Shown here piece after piece: positions 23,990 through 33,420 of a stretch of 46,635 nucleotides of DNA. The stretch lies in sequence record SRR22947727_6040; one strand, written 5' to 3'. Position 1 is the stretch's first letter; the number at the start of each line of letters is the position of its first letter. The position numbers and the translations under genes are program-made. The notes under the pieces are model-generated. The model ran no database searches. It was not told the origin of the DNA and worked only from the letters and a program-made list of their open reading frames with translations.

Positions 23990-25599
23990 TCGAGTTCGAC
24001 AACGTGTCCATTCGGTACAGCGCGGACGCACCCTGTGTGGTGGACAACGTGAACCTGACCGTTGCCGAGGGTGAATTCATCCTCGTCGTCGGTGGGACGG
24101 GCTCGGGCAAAAGCACCTTGCTCGGGGCGATCAACGGCCTGGTGCCCCACTTCACCGGTGGAGTGCTCGCCGGCGATGTGCGCATCGACGGACGAAGCAC
24201 CTCGACCAACCGACCGCGCGACCTAGCCGACCTGGTGGGCGTGGTTCCCCAGGACCCGATGTCCAGTTTCGTTACCGACACGGTCGAAGAAGAACTCGCA
24301 TACACGATGGAGTGCCTCGGGATCGCACCCGCGGTGATGCGTCGCCGGGTGGAGGAGACCCTCGACCTGCTGGGTCTGCAAGAGCTGCGCCACCGACCCT
24401 TGCGGACCCTGAGCGGAGGTCAACGACAGCGCGCGGCAATCGGCGCGGTGCTCACCGCGCATCCGCGGGTGCTCGTCCTCGATGAGCCCACCTCCGCGCT
24501 CGACCCCGGGGCGGCGGAGGAAGTTCTCGCCGCGTTGCATCGACTCGTCCACGATCTCGGCGTCACCGTCGTTCTTGCCGAACACCGCCTCGAGCGAGTG
24601 TTGCAATACGCCGACCGGATCATCGCTTTGAGCTCCCCCGGGGGTCCGATCACCATCGGCAGCCCGGAAGACATCATGTCGACGGCACCCATCGCGCCGC
24701 CCGTCGTCCACCTCGGACGCGTCGCGGGCTGGAGCCCGATCCCGATCACCGTCCGAGACGCACGCCGGCACGCCTCCACGCTGCGGCACCTACTCGTCGG
24801 TCACGTACCCCACTTGCGCGTGGTCGAACAATCCACCGTGGCGGCAACGACGAATCACCTCGACATCCATTACGGGACCACGCGAGCTTTGCGCTCGGTA
24901 TCGACCACGCTGCACCGCGGAGAAGTCATCGCGTTGATGGGTCGCAACGGCGCGGGGAAGTCGACGATGCTCCACTCACTTGTCGGTATGACAAAGCCCA
25001 CGGGTGGATCGATCGACATCGCGGGGGTTCAACCAAGTGACGTCGACGGCCCCGACCTCATCCGCCGAGTCGGCCTCGTTCCTCAAGAACCGGCCGACCT
25101 TCTTGAGGCGGCAACGGTCGCAGACGAATGCGCAGCGTCTGACAAGGATGCCGGGTGCGACCCCGGAACTACCCGCGCACTGTTGGCGCTTCTCGCACCC
25201 GAGATCGTCGACACAACACACCCTCGCGACCTCAGCGAGGGTCAGCGACTGCTGTTGGTGTTAAGCCTTGTCTTGGCGGCTCGACCCGGGCTGATCTGCC
25301 TCGACGAGCCCACCCGCGGGCTGGACTACTCAACCAAGGAACGCCTCGCCGGCGTCATCTCCGACCTTTCCTCGGCGGGGCACACCGTTATCGTCGCAAC
25401 GCACGACGTCGAACTCGCCGCCGAGGTGGCGACTCGCGTGATCATCCTCGCCGACGGCGAAATCGTTGCCGACGGATCCACTGCAGACGTCATCACCTCC
25501 TCGCCGATGTTCGCACCACAGGTCGCCAAGATCCTGGCTCCGCAACCGTGGTTGACCGTGGAGCAAGTCCGTCGGGCGCTCGCGCAGGACTCGGCATGA
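23986..25599 (+). CDS. ECF transporter ATPase with duplicated ABC domains
   Basis: Two Walker A (GGTGSGKST, GRNGAGKST), signatures LSGGQ and LSEGQ, LDEPT twice; ATGA overlap with T gene. Confidence 0.93.
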   Translation: MIEFDNVSIRYSADAPCVVDNVNLTVAEGEFILVVGGTGSGKSTLLGAINGLVPHFTGGVLAGDVRIDGRSTSTNRPRDLADLVGVVPQDPMSSFVTDTVEEELAYTMECLGIAPAVMRRRVEETLDLLGLQELRHRPLRTLSGGQRQRAAIGAVLTAHPRVLVLDEPTSALDPGAAEEVLAALHRLVHDLGVTVVLAEHRLERVLQYADRIIALSSPGGPITIGSPEDIMSTAPIAPPVVHLGRVAGWSPIPITVRDARRHASTLRHLLVGHVPHLRVVEQSTVAATTNHLDIHYGTTRALRSVSTTLHRGEVIALMGRNGAGKSTMLHSLVGMTKPTGGSIDIAGVQPSDVDGPDLIRRVGLVPQEPADLLEAATVADECAASDKDAGCDPGTTRALLALLAPEIVDTTHPRDLSEGQRLLLVLSLVLAARPGLICLDEPTRGLDYSTKERLAGVISDLSSAGHTVIVATHDVELAAEVATRVIILADGEIVADGSTADVITSSPMFAPQVAKILAPQPWLTVEQVRRALAQDSA

Positions 25600-26486
25600 A
25601 CAACAGGACCATCACCCGCACGGCGAAAGCCATTCCCTTGGGCACGCGGTCGATCCTCGCCGTGTCTCTGGCCTCCGTTGTCGGCTTGATCGCCTTCTTG
25701 TGGCCGTTCCTCGCCGCCCCCGAGTCAGCTGTCCTCGCTCACGCCACCGATGCACCATTCTTCTTCGCACTTCTGGTGCCACTGGTGTTGGTGGTTGTCC
25801 TCGCGCAATTCGCCGACGGCGCCATGGACGCCAAGTCGATTGCTCTGCTCGGCGTTCTTTCCGCGGTCATCGCCGCATTGCGACCGCTCGGCGCCGGGGT
25901 AGCCGGCATAGAACCCATTTGGGCCGTCCTCATTCTCGGCGGCTTCGCGTTGGGGCCCGGGTTCGGTTTCGTCTTGGGCTCGGTGTCGTTGTTCGCATCC
26001 GCACTCATCACCGGCGGCATCGGCCCCTGGCTCCCCTTTCAAATGATCGCTGCCGCATGGATCGGCATGGGCGCGGGTCTCATCGCGAAATTTCCCATCG
26101 TCCAGCGCTTCACCTCGAACCACCCGTGGCGCGAAGTGTTCGTCGTTGCCGGCTACGCACTTCTCGCCGCCGTCGCTTACGGCTTCGCCCTCAATTTATG
26201 GTTCTGGCCGTTCACGATCGACCTCGCGCCGGCGATCGCGTTCCAACCCGGTGCCCCCGCGGTGGAGAACGTCGCGGCGTGGCTTCGCTTCAGCGTCGTC
26301 ACCTCGCTCGGGTTCGACATTCCCCGAGCCCTCCTGGCCGCCGGTTTGATCATGATCGCGGGCAGAGGCATTCTTATTGCGCTGCGACGCGCCAGCCGCC
26401 GAGCGGCGTTCGATCAAGTGGTCGACTTCGCGCCGCATGGTGGCCCAACGCAGGCCTCCGGCGCACGCACGCCATCGAACAACTAG
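25596..26486 (+). CDS. ECF transporter substrate-specific S component (CbrT-like, putative cobalamin)
   Basis: Hydrophobic; GPGFGFVLG, GGIGPWLPFQM, TSLGFDIPRA; ATGA overlap with ATPase stop. Confidence 0.85.
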   Translation: MNNRTITRTAKAIPLGTRSILAVSLASVVGLIAFLWPFLAAPESAVLAHATDAPFFFALLVPLVLVVVLAQFADGAMDAKSIALLGVLSAVIAALRPLGAGVAGIEPIWAVLILGGFALGPGFGFVLGSVSLFASALITGGIGPWLPFQMIAAAWIGMGAGLIAKFPIVQRFTSNHPWREVFVVAGYALLAAVAYGFALNLWFWPFTIDLAPAIAFQPGAPAVENVAAWLRFSVVTSLGFDIPRALLAAGLIMIAGRGILIALRRASRRAAFDQVVDFAPHGGPTQASGARTPSNN

Positions 26487-26899
26487 CCCCCGTCGCTATC
26501 GACAATCGCCCGTGTCACCGGCGGCAGCAGTGATACCGCGATACCGATGACTGCGGCCACTACCAACGCTGCACCCACGACGCGCGTTCCCGCATCGGGA
26601 GCCGCCGTGAGCGGAACACCCACCACGAGGCCGAGAATCTGAGCGAGGATGAAGGGCGCTCGTGCTCCGTACTTCGACAGCCACCACCCACGGGCGATGG
26701 CAATCAGACCGGCTCCCAGAGCAGCGAAGATGACTACCTGCAAAACCAGGGCCGGGAGGTTGGAGACCTCGGGTGGTCCGGTCAGGCCGACTCGGATGCC
26801 CTGAATGACGTCGTAGATCGCGTAACCGACGAGCACGATGCCTTCCGCAGCAGCGATAGCTGCCAGCACGATGAGCAAGGGTTGCGTCGGTTTTGGCAC
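26483..26899 (-). CDS. Conserved four-TM membrane protein (Rv3217c-like position)
   Basis: Hydrophobic C-terminal part of the 26483..27829 ORF; GTG 26899 preceded by TATGCT -10; divergent from DAGK. Confidence 0.75.
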   Translation of the reverse strand: MPKPTQPLLIVLAAIAAAEGIVLVGYAIYDVIQGIRVGLTGPPEVSNLPALVLQVVIFAALGAGLIAIARGWWLSKYGARAPFILAQILGLVVGVPLTAAPDAGTRVVGAALVVAAVIGIAVSLLPPVTRAIVDSDGG

Positions 26900-26906
26900 G
26901 TCGGCG

Positions 26907-26916
26907 AGCATAGGCT
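26907..26916. promoter_or_regulatory. Putative bidirectional promoter (overlapping -10 hexamers TATGCT/TAGGCT)
   Basis: AGCATAGGCT; each hexamer lies 7 nt from a divergent start codon. Confidence 0.65.
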
Positions 26917-26923
26917 CCTCGCC

Positions 26924-27859
26924 ATGCGGGCGCTGCTGGTCGTCAACCCACGCGCCACCACCACCTCGACCAGAACCACCGACGTGATCGTGCAGGCGCT
27001 GTCTCACGAACTGGAACTGGAAATCACCTTCACCACCCATCGTGGCCACGGGGTGGATCTCGGGCACTGGGCCCTCGACAACAGCCTCGACGCAGTGCTC
27101 ACACTCGGTGGCGACGGTGTCGTGAACGAAGTTCTCAACGGGATTCTGCGCGACGGCCCCGGACGAGAGGTGCCGGCGCTCGGCGTAATTCCCGGCGGCA
27201 GCGCCAATGTCTTTTCCCGTGCCCTGCAGGTTCCCAACGATCCGGTCGAGGCGACCGGGGTCATCCTGCGCGCCACCCGCGATGGAGTGTTTCGCCGCAT
27301 CGGTCTCGGGCACGTGACGACATCGGAGTTCACGCGCTGGTTCGCGGTCAACGCTGGCCTTGGCATGGACGCCCAGATCATCGCGTCGATGGAACATCAA
27401 CGCACGCGCGGGCATCGCGCGACGCCCCTGCGGTATTTCGTGACGACGGTGCGGGAGTATTTCGGGGAGCGGGATGGCCCCGAGATGAAGGTCACCCGCC
27501 CGGGATCTGCTCCGGCCGCGGGCGTCGTCCTCGGAATCGTGCAGAACGCTTCGCCGTGGACCTATTTCGGCGCGCTCCCGATCGACCCCTGCCCCCACGC
27601 ATCCTTCGAGACAGGACTCGACCTGTTTGCCCTGCGCAATCTGGGTCCGCTGACCACCGTTCGGGCCGCGGCACGCATGCTGTCCCGCACCGACGGAGCC
27701 TCCACCCGATCGAGCATTGTGCGGTGGCACGACCAGGCCGGCTTCTCCTTCAGATCCGAACAGCCAGTGCCGATCCAGATCGATGGCGAGGGCCTGGGCA
27801 CCACGCGGGACGCCACGTTCACTTCTCACCCGTCGGCCCTACTGGTCATGGGTCCCTAG
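26924..27859 (+). CDS. Diacylglycerol kinase family protein (Rv3218-like)
   Basis: LVVNPRAT, LGGDGVVNE, IPGGSANVFSRAL, AGLGMDA, QIDGE. Confidence 0.92.
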   Translation: MRALLVVNPRATTTSTRTTDVIVQALSHELELEITFTTHRGHGVDLGHWALDNSLDAVLTLGGDGVVNEVLNGILRDGPGREVPALGVIPGGSANVFSRALQVPNDPVEATGVILRATRDGVFRRIGLGHVTTSEFTRWFAVNAGLGMDAQIIASMEHQRTRGHRATPLRYFVTTVREYFGERDGPEMKVTRPGSAPAAGVVLGIVQNASPWTYFGALPIDPCPHASFETGLDLFALRNLGPLTTVRAAARMLSRTDGASTRSSIVRWHDQAGFSFRSEQPVPIQIDGEGLGTTRDATFTSHPSALLVMGP

Positions 27860-28045
27860 CATAAATCAGACATTTAGTATTTTATGGGGCACGAAAGTGG
27901 GTCAGAAGTCCGAATCGTGGCCATTTAGGGTTGTGTCGGGGGCCCGCCTCTGCGAGGCTTATCTAGCCCTAAGTCTTAGCGCTCGGGTCGCCTTCCTCCG
28001 AGGGTAGCCGGGGAGACCCCCCGCCCTCCTTCTAGTCGGGCCCGG

Positions 28046-28063
28046 TCGTGAAGACTTTCACGA
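28046..28063. promoter_or_regulatory. CRP/GlxR-like site upstream of whiB1
   Basis: TCGTGAAGACTTTCACGA = 7-bp inverted repeat containing GTGA-N6-TCAC. Confidence 0.6.
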
Positions 28064-28105
28064 GTGCCGGCAACCCCGGTGCGCAGTTTTTTGGAGTGAT
28101 GACGC

Positions 28106-28360
28106 GTGGACTGGCGCCACGATGCGGCCTGCCGTGACGAAGATCCGGAGTTGTTCTTCCCTATCGGCAATACCGGGCCAGCACTCATTCAAATCGACGA
28201 AGCCAAGGCTGTCTGCCGCCGATGCCCAGTAGTCGAAGAGTGCCTGCTCTGGGCTCTCGAAAGCGGTCAGGACGCCGGTGTGTGGGGTGGCCTGAGCGAG
28301 GACGAGCGTCGCGCCCTCAAGCGGCGGAACGCCCGCATGCGCGCCCGCACGAACGTCTAG
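28106..28360 (+). CDS. whiB1: WhiB family Fe-S transcriptional regulator WhiB1/WblE
   Basis: MDWRHDAACRDEDPELFFPIGNTGPA, CRRC, C, GVWGG; between DAGK and pdtaS. Confidence 0.96.
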   Translation: MDWRHDAACRDEDPELFFPIGNTGPALIQIDEAKAVCRRCPVVEECLLWALESGQDAGVWGGLSEDERRALKRRNARMRARTNV

Positions 28361-28387
28361 TCCCGGACGCCTAGTCCCGGACGCCTA
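28357..28387 (+). repeat. 14-bp tandem duplication at whiB1 stop
   Basis: CTAGTCCCGGACGC x2 plus CTA. Confidence 0.9.
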
Positions 28388-28425
28388 AACGCGACCCGAC
28401 GGGCTGACGCCTCGGTTACCGTCAC

Positions 28426-29925
28426 TTATCCCCCGGCCAGCGGTACATACACAACGGCCCGCGTTCCGTATTCCTGATCGGCAAATTCGAATGTGCCGCC
28501 GAGCTCTGTTGTCGCCAACGATTGCACGATGTTGAGTCCGAGACCTGCCGCATCTAACTGATCAGGATCCACGCCGACGCCATCATCGACAACGGCGATC
28601 GTCAAGGAGTCCGGCGCACGGACGGCTTCCACCGTGACGAACGTGCCCTGAGCGTGTTGAACAGCGTTGTGCACCAACTCGGAAACACACATCGCCAACG
28701 GCGTGGCTCGCTCCGCCGACAACCGTCCCGCCTCCCCGGACAACTCCAGCGTCAGCGGGGACTGGGGATCATCGACAACGATGGAGAACAGCGCCCGCAC
28801 GATGCGGTCGAACTCCACAGATTCACCGAGGTCAGCCTCATTGCTGGAATCAGCAGACAGTGCCTCGTGCACCACCGCGATCGCCGCTACGCGCACCTGC
28901 GCGTCACCCAGCGCGGCGGAGATCGCCTCATCGGACGAGCGTCTGCCTTGAAGCCGCAAGAGAGCCGCCACCGTCTGAAGGTTGTTCTTCACCCGATGAT
29001 GGATCTCGCGGATGGTGGCGTCCTTGGATAGCAGAGCCCGTTCACGTCGACGAATATCGGTCGTATCCCTCAACAGCAACACGGCACCGTCGATCGGGCC
29101 CGAACTTCGCAGAGGTATCGAACGCACGAGAACCGTCGCATTCGAACCCTCGATGTCTGCACGCCCGGCAACTCGACCCCGCGCCAGATCAGCGATCGCC
29201 GCGTCTACGGTTCCGTGACGTTGCAGCAGCCGGGTCACGATGCCGGAGAAGTCAGCGCCAACAAGGTCCGTCGCCAGGCCCAGGCGTCGAAGAGCACTCA
29301 CCGCGTTAGGACTGGCGTAGGCCACCGTCCCCGATGAGTCGAGCCGCACCACACCGTCTCCGATGCGCGGGCGACCGCTGGCTCCGGTCACCGTTTCGGG
29401 CACCGGGAACTGCCCGGAGATCAACATGGCGAACAAGATGTCCGCGGTGGACAGGTAGAACTCCTCCAACTGCCCCGCCACCCGAGGGGCCGACGAGGCT
29501 CGACGGACCACGACCCCGATGACATCGCGGTCTCGCCCCAACTCCCCTTCACTGTCGGTAGACCGGGCGGCTCGCACCGGACGGTGAATGGGATACGCCT
29601 CGACAGCCGTGGGAACCAACGGATTCGTGGCGTCGCGCATCGTCACACTTCGACCGAACGTCAGGGCTTGATCCAGGGCAGCAAGACGACCACGGGGAGA
29701 AAACGTCCCGATGACATCCTCGGGTGTGCTCGTCGGAGCCGTCGTCGGCCGAACATGAGCCACCGCGAGGGCTCCTGCGTCATTCCACGTCGGCAGCCAC
29801 AAGATGAGATCCGAGAGGGAGAGGTCTGCCAGCAGCGACCAGTCCTCAACGATGGCCGTCAGGTGCTCAAGGTCGGCGGACGACAGGTCCGTGCGCTCAT
29901 TGACCAAACGCGCGGGTATCGGCAC
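28426..29925 (-). CDS. pdtaS: Cytoplasmic sensor histidine kinase PdtaS
   Basis: [13 protein letters not shown]-terminus, PRIGDG PAS region, [16 protein letters not shown]-box, ELVHNA, DDGVG, GLGL; GTG 29925 start. Confidence 0.9.
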   Translation of the reverse strand: MPIPARLVNERTDLSSADLEHLTAIVEDWSLLADLSLSDLILWLPTWNDAGALAVAHVRPTTAPTSTPEDVIGTFSPRGRLAALDQALTFGRSVTMRDATNPLVPTAVEAYPIHRPVRAARSTDSEGELGRDRDVIGVVVRRASSAPRVAGQLEEFYLSTADILFAMLISGQFPVPETVTGASGRPRIGDGVVRLDSSGTVAYASPNAVSALRRLGLATDLVGADFSGIVTRLLQRHGTVDAAIADLARGRVAGRADIEGSNATVLVRSIPLRSSGPIDGAVLLLRDTTDIRRRERALLSKDATIREIHHRVKNNLQTVAALLRLQGRRSSDEAISAALGDAQVRVAAIAVVHEALSADSSNEADLGESVEFDRIVRALFSIVVDDPQSPLTLELSGEAGRLSAERATPLAMCVSELVHNAVQHAQGTFVTVEAVRAPDSLTIAVVDDGVGVDPDQLDAAGLGLNIVQSLATTELGGTFEFADQEYGTRAVVYVPLAGG

Positions 29926-29932
29926 GGAGAAC

Positions 29933-29942
29933 AACGTAGCGT
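29933..29942. promoter_or_regulatory. Putative bidirectional promoter (overlapping -10 hexamers TACGTT/TAGCGT)
   Basis: AACGTAGCGT; hexamers lie 7 and 6 nt from divergent start codons 29925 and 29949. Confidence 0.65.
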
Positions 29943-29948
29943 GGGGCG

Positions 29949-31715
29949 ATGAGCGATTCGGATGAGCACGCTGCCAAAGAACCCGTGCATGGCGGGCACC
30001 ATGCGGTCGACGCGGCCATCGAGTGCGGGGCGCAGGCGCTCTTCACGTTGTCCGGGGCCCATATTTTTCCGCTGTTCGACGCAGCCGTGGGCGGTGCTGA
30101 CGCGGTGCGGTCGGCAGATTCGACGCAATCGGCCGAACGCGGGGGCCGTCTGCCTTTGTTGGATGTTCGACATGAGCAAACCGCCGTCTTTGCTGCGGAA
30201 GCTGTCGGGAAGCTCAGCCGGATCCCCGGGTTTGCCGCCGTCACCGCAGGGCCAGGAGTCACCAACGCACTGAGTGCAGTTACGGGTGCGTGGATGAACG
30301 GCAGCCCCTTGGTCCTGGTCGGGGGTCGGGCCCCGGATTACCGCTGGGGATCGGGCGCTCTGCAGGAACTCGACCACGTCCCCCTGGTTGCCCCGGTGAC
30401 GAAATCAGCGACGACCGTCCACGATGCGTCCGAGATCGGCGCCACCATCGACGCGGCTTTTGGCACCGCTCGCACACCGCACCGCGGTCCTACTTTTGTC
30501 GATATCCCAATGGACGTCTTCTTCACTCCCACGACATCGTCGACGCCACCGGACACCGGCGCCTCGGGGGGCGCCGACCAGGAGATTGTCGGCGACCTCG
30601 ATCGCGCGGCCAGCATCCTCGCCGGCGCCTGCCGACCACTCCTGGTCATTGGCTCCGACGTGTGGGCGGGTGCTGCGGTCGAGGCCGCACGGGAGTTCGT
30701 CGCCAGCGCGCAGATCCCCACGATCGCCAACGGCATGGGACGAGGGATTTTGCATCCGTCGGACCCACTCCTGGTGACGCGCGCTCGTTCCGTGGCCTTC
30801 ACCGATGCCGATGTCGTGATCGTGGCCGGCGCACCGGTGGACTTCCGCCTCGGCTACGGCACGTTCGGCTCCAAGGATTCATCCCAACCCACACCGGTCA
30901 TCCATCTCATCGACTCGCCAACGCAGATCGCCTCGCACGCACCGCACGCACTGCCGATCGCCGGCGATCTCAGTCAGATATTCGACGACCTGCTGGCCCA
31001 GGCTCGTGCTGCGGGCATGGACTCCGGCCGGTGGTCCCCTCCAGAATCGACGAGCGTCGGAGGCGCGAAAGACTCCACCACGTGGTGTCGACGCCTGGCT
31101 GAGGTAGCCGAGTCAGCACGCTCAGGCGACCACGACATGCTCACCTCCGACGCCGCGCCTATCCACCCCGCACGGATTTACCGGGAGTTGCACTCCAGAA
31201 TCGATGACGTGGACGTCGTCATCGGCGACGGTGGCGACTTCGTCTCTTTCGCCGGTCGCTTCATCGAACCGGCGCAACCCGGCTGCTGGCTCGATCCCGG
31301 TCCCTTCGGGTGCCTGGGCACCGGACCGGGATACGCCTTGGGGACGCACGTTGCCCGCCCGGACTCCCATCCGTGGCTGCTGATGGGCGACGGGGCGGCG
31401 GGGTTTTCCTTGATGGACGTCGAGTCACTCGTGCGGCACCGCGTCCCGGTCACCATGGTCGTCGGCAACAACTCCGGCTGGGGCCTCGAGCGTCATCCCA
31501 TGCGTTTCCTGTATGGCTACGACGTGTTGGCCGATCTACCGCCGATCCGGTACGACGACGTGGTCGCGGCGCTCGGAGGTGCTGGTGAGACGGTGACCGA
31601 AGCATCCGACATCGGCCCCGCACTCGATCGTGCACGCACCCACGACGGTCCCTACCTGGTCAACGTGCTCACCGACCCGGAGGTCGCCTACCCGCGCTCG
31701 ACCACTGGTATCTGA
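29949..31715 (+). CDS. ThDP-dependent enzyme, IlvG/ILVBL-like (usually annotated acetolactate synthase; may be a 2-hydroxyacyl-CoA lyase)
   Basis: [44 protein letters not shown]...GNN ThDP motif. Confidence 0.85.
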   Translation: MSDSDEHAAKEPVHGGHHAVDAAIECGAQALFTLSGAHIFPLFDAAVGGADAVRSADSTQSAERGGRLPLLDVRHEQTAVFAAEAVGKLSRIPGFAAVTAGPGVTNALSAVTGAWMNGSPLVLVGGRAPDYRWGSGALQELDHVPLVAPVTKSATTVHDASEIGATIDAAFGTARTPHRGPTFVDIPMDVFFTPTTSSTPPDTGASGGADQEIVGDLDRAASILAGACRPLLVIGSDVWAGAAVEAAREFVASAQIPTIANGMGRGILHPSDPLLVTRARSVAFTDADVVIVAGAPVDFRLGYGTFGSKDSSQPTPVIHLIDSPTQIASHAPHALPIAGDLSQIFDDLLAQARAAGMDSGRWSPPESTSVGGAKDSTTWCRRLAEVAESARSGDHDMLTSDAAPIHPARIYRELHSRIDDVDVVIGDGGDFVSFAGRFIEPAQPGCWLDPGPFGCLGTGPGYALGTHVARPDSHPWLLMGDGAAGFSLMDVESLVRHRVPVTMVVGNNSGWGLERHPMRFLYGYDVLADLPPIRYDDVVAALGGAGETVTEASDIGPALDRARTHDGPYLVNVLTDPEVAYPRSTTGI

Positions 31716-31722
31716 CTTACCG

Positions 31723-32127
31723 TCAAGACCCGAAGGAGGCGCGTTCCACAATCGCGCGGACGATTGTTCCCCGGCCGATTCCCTGTATCCGTTCACCGGA
31801 TGGCGCGACGTGATCGGCTCCGACCTCAAACGTGATGCGCCTTGCGTCCACGTTCGTGACCGTCGCCCAGGTCGTCACGCGCGCTCCGACGGGAGTCGGC
31901 CGCCGATGGGCCACCTCGACCGACACTCCGACACTGGTGCACTCCTGTGCCATCTCCGCATCGACGGCTAGGACCGTGGCGCGTTCCATCCAAGCGATCA
32001 ACTGGGGTGTCGCGAGAACCGCGACGTCACCGCTGCCCACCGCAATGGCGGTGTCTGCCTCCGTCACCGGCGCGTCGAACTCGCCGCGACGCCCGATCCA
32101 CGACTGCGGGGGCACAAACACCGTCAT
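31723..32127 (-). CDS. FlK-like hot-dog-fold thioesterase
   Basis: GSGDVAVLATP.LIAWME (Thr, Glu) and VAHRRPTPVG (His). Confidence 0.85.
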   Translation of the reverse strand: MTVFVPPQSWIGRRGEFDAPVTEADTAIAVGSGDVAVLATPQLIAWMERATVLAVDAEMAQECTSVGVSVEVAHRRPTPVGARVTTWATVTNVDARRITFEVGADHVAPSGERIQGIGRGTIVRAIVERASFGS

Positions 32128-32136
32128 CAGTGCCCC

Positions 32137-32352
32137 CTAGCGCAAGGACACCAGGGCGTCGCCCTCTTGGACGACCGTTCCCACTTCGACGAAAATCTCC
32201 TCGACCAGGCCCGCGTGCTCCGCGAGCACGGGAATCTCCATCTTCATCGACTCCAGGACGACCAGGAGACCCCCGGCGTCCACGCTGTCCCCTGGCGAGA
32301 CCTCTACGCTGTGCACCGACGCGACCATTTCCGCGTTGATCGTGTGTGCCAT
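32137..32352 (-). CDS. Stand-alone biotinyl/lipoyl carrier protein (TB7.3/Rv3221c-like)
   Basis: LESMKMEIPV biotinylation motif, 71 aa, GAGGAG SD. Confidence 0.92.
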   Translation of the reverse strand: MAHTINAEMVASVHSVEVSPGDSVDAGGLLVVLESMKMEIPVLAEHAGLVEEIFVEVGTVVQEGDALVSLR

Positions 32353-32394
32353 AGCTCCTCATGTGCGCCCGCTGAATGTTGGGCTGTGCGGAGC

Positions 32395-32676
32395 CTACTC
32401 CTGATCGTTGCCGGGACGCCGATGAGAGGTATCGGAAACAACCGTTACCCGAATCCGTTCACGTAGGCCCTCGGGTGTCGCAATACCCGCCGAGGCGCGA
32501 GCCACGAGGGCTTGTACTCGTCGAACTTCCTGCCGCTGGTGTTCGCACGGTGGGCATTCGGTGAGGTGGACGGCGATCAGGCGATACTCCTCGGCCCCCA
32601 CTTCACCGTCGATGTAGGCACTCAGAGAAGCCACCACCTGCGAGCAGGGGGTCTCGTGCGGGCGTCCGCAACTCAT
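32395..32676 (-). CDS. rshA: Zinc-binding anti-sigma factor RshA/RsrA
   Basis: [22 protein letters not shown] motif; coupled to sigH. Confidence 0.9.
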   Translation of the reverse strand: MSCGRPHETPCSQVVASLSAYIDGEVGAEEYRLIAVHLTECPPCEHQRQEVRRVQALVARASAGIATPEGLRERIRVTVVSDTSHRRPGNDQE

Positions 32677-33377
32677 GATTCCTCACCTCCCCAGGCCCCG
32701 ACGAGTCCTCGGTTCTTCGCATACTGATCTAACAATCCCCGCAACGCTTTTCTTCCCCGATGGACGCGCGACATCACCGTTCCGACCGGTGAATCCATGA
32801 TGTCCGCTATTTCCCGGTAGCTGAACCCCTCCACGTCGGCCAGGACGACAGCTGTTCGAAATTCCTCGGGAATCTCGGCCAACGCCGCCGACACGTCATC
32901 GTCACCCAACAGCTCCAGCGCCTCTATCTCGGCGGATCGACTGCCTCCGGCGGAACGTGTCTCGATGTCCAGCATCTGCGCGTCTCCAAGCTCATCGGTG
33001 GGCTGGAAGCGGGGCTGACGTTGAGCCTTGCGGTAGTCATTGATGAACGTGTTTCGCAGGATGCGAAACAGCCATGCCCTCAGGTTGGTCCCCTGCTGGA
33101 ACGTCCGGTACGCCGCGAAGGCCTTCGCGTACGTTTCCTGGACGAGATCCTCGGCATCAGCAGGGTTGCGCGTCATGCGAAGACCAGTTCCGTACAACTG
33201 ATCGAGATAGGGCAAGGCGTCGGTTGCGAAGAGTGTCGACAGTTCCTCGTCCGACAATTCGCGACCCGGATCGCTCGGATCGCACGCATCGCTCGGATCG
33301 CACGGTTCACCCGTCGGATCGTTACCCACCGGCTGTTCGCTCCGGTGGGGGTCCATTGCGGCGGGGGCTTCAGGCAT
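32673..33377 (-). CDS. sigH: ECF sigma factor SigH/SigR
   Basis: [52 protein letters not shown]. Confidence 0.93.
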   Translation of the reverse strand: MPEAPAAMDPHRSEQPVGNDPTGEPCDPSDACDPSDPGRELSDEELSTLFATDALPYLDQLYGTGLRMTRNPADAEDLVQETYAKAFAAYRTFQQGTNLRAWLFRILRNTFINDYRKAQRQPRFQPTDELGDAQMLDIETRSAGGSRSAEIEALELLGDDDVSAALAEIPEEFRTAVVLADVEGFSYREIADIMDSPVGTVMSRVHRGRKALRGLLDQYAKNRGLVGAWGGEES

Positions 33378-33420
33378 CGCCCGTCAGCCTACGCACCTTC
33401 ATCGGTGACCGGGTGGGCTC

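Noticed and set aside
25155-25595. Long N-terminal extension of the S component suggesting a frameshift fusion
   Set aside because: Arg-rich off-frame sequence within the ATPase; clean ATGA coupling at 25596
26900-27829. 448-aa minus ORF overlapping DAGK
   Set aside because: Only the hydrophobic last ~138 aa look real; the rest is antisense read-through
27860-27930. AT-rich patch as sign of foreign DNA
   Set aside because: Short and confined to the whiB1 upstream region; flanking genes are syntenic core genes
28357-28387. Direct repeat as possible CRISPR or IS target-site duplication
   Set aside because: Only two adjacent copies, no spacer, no cas or transposase
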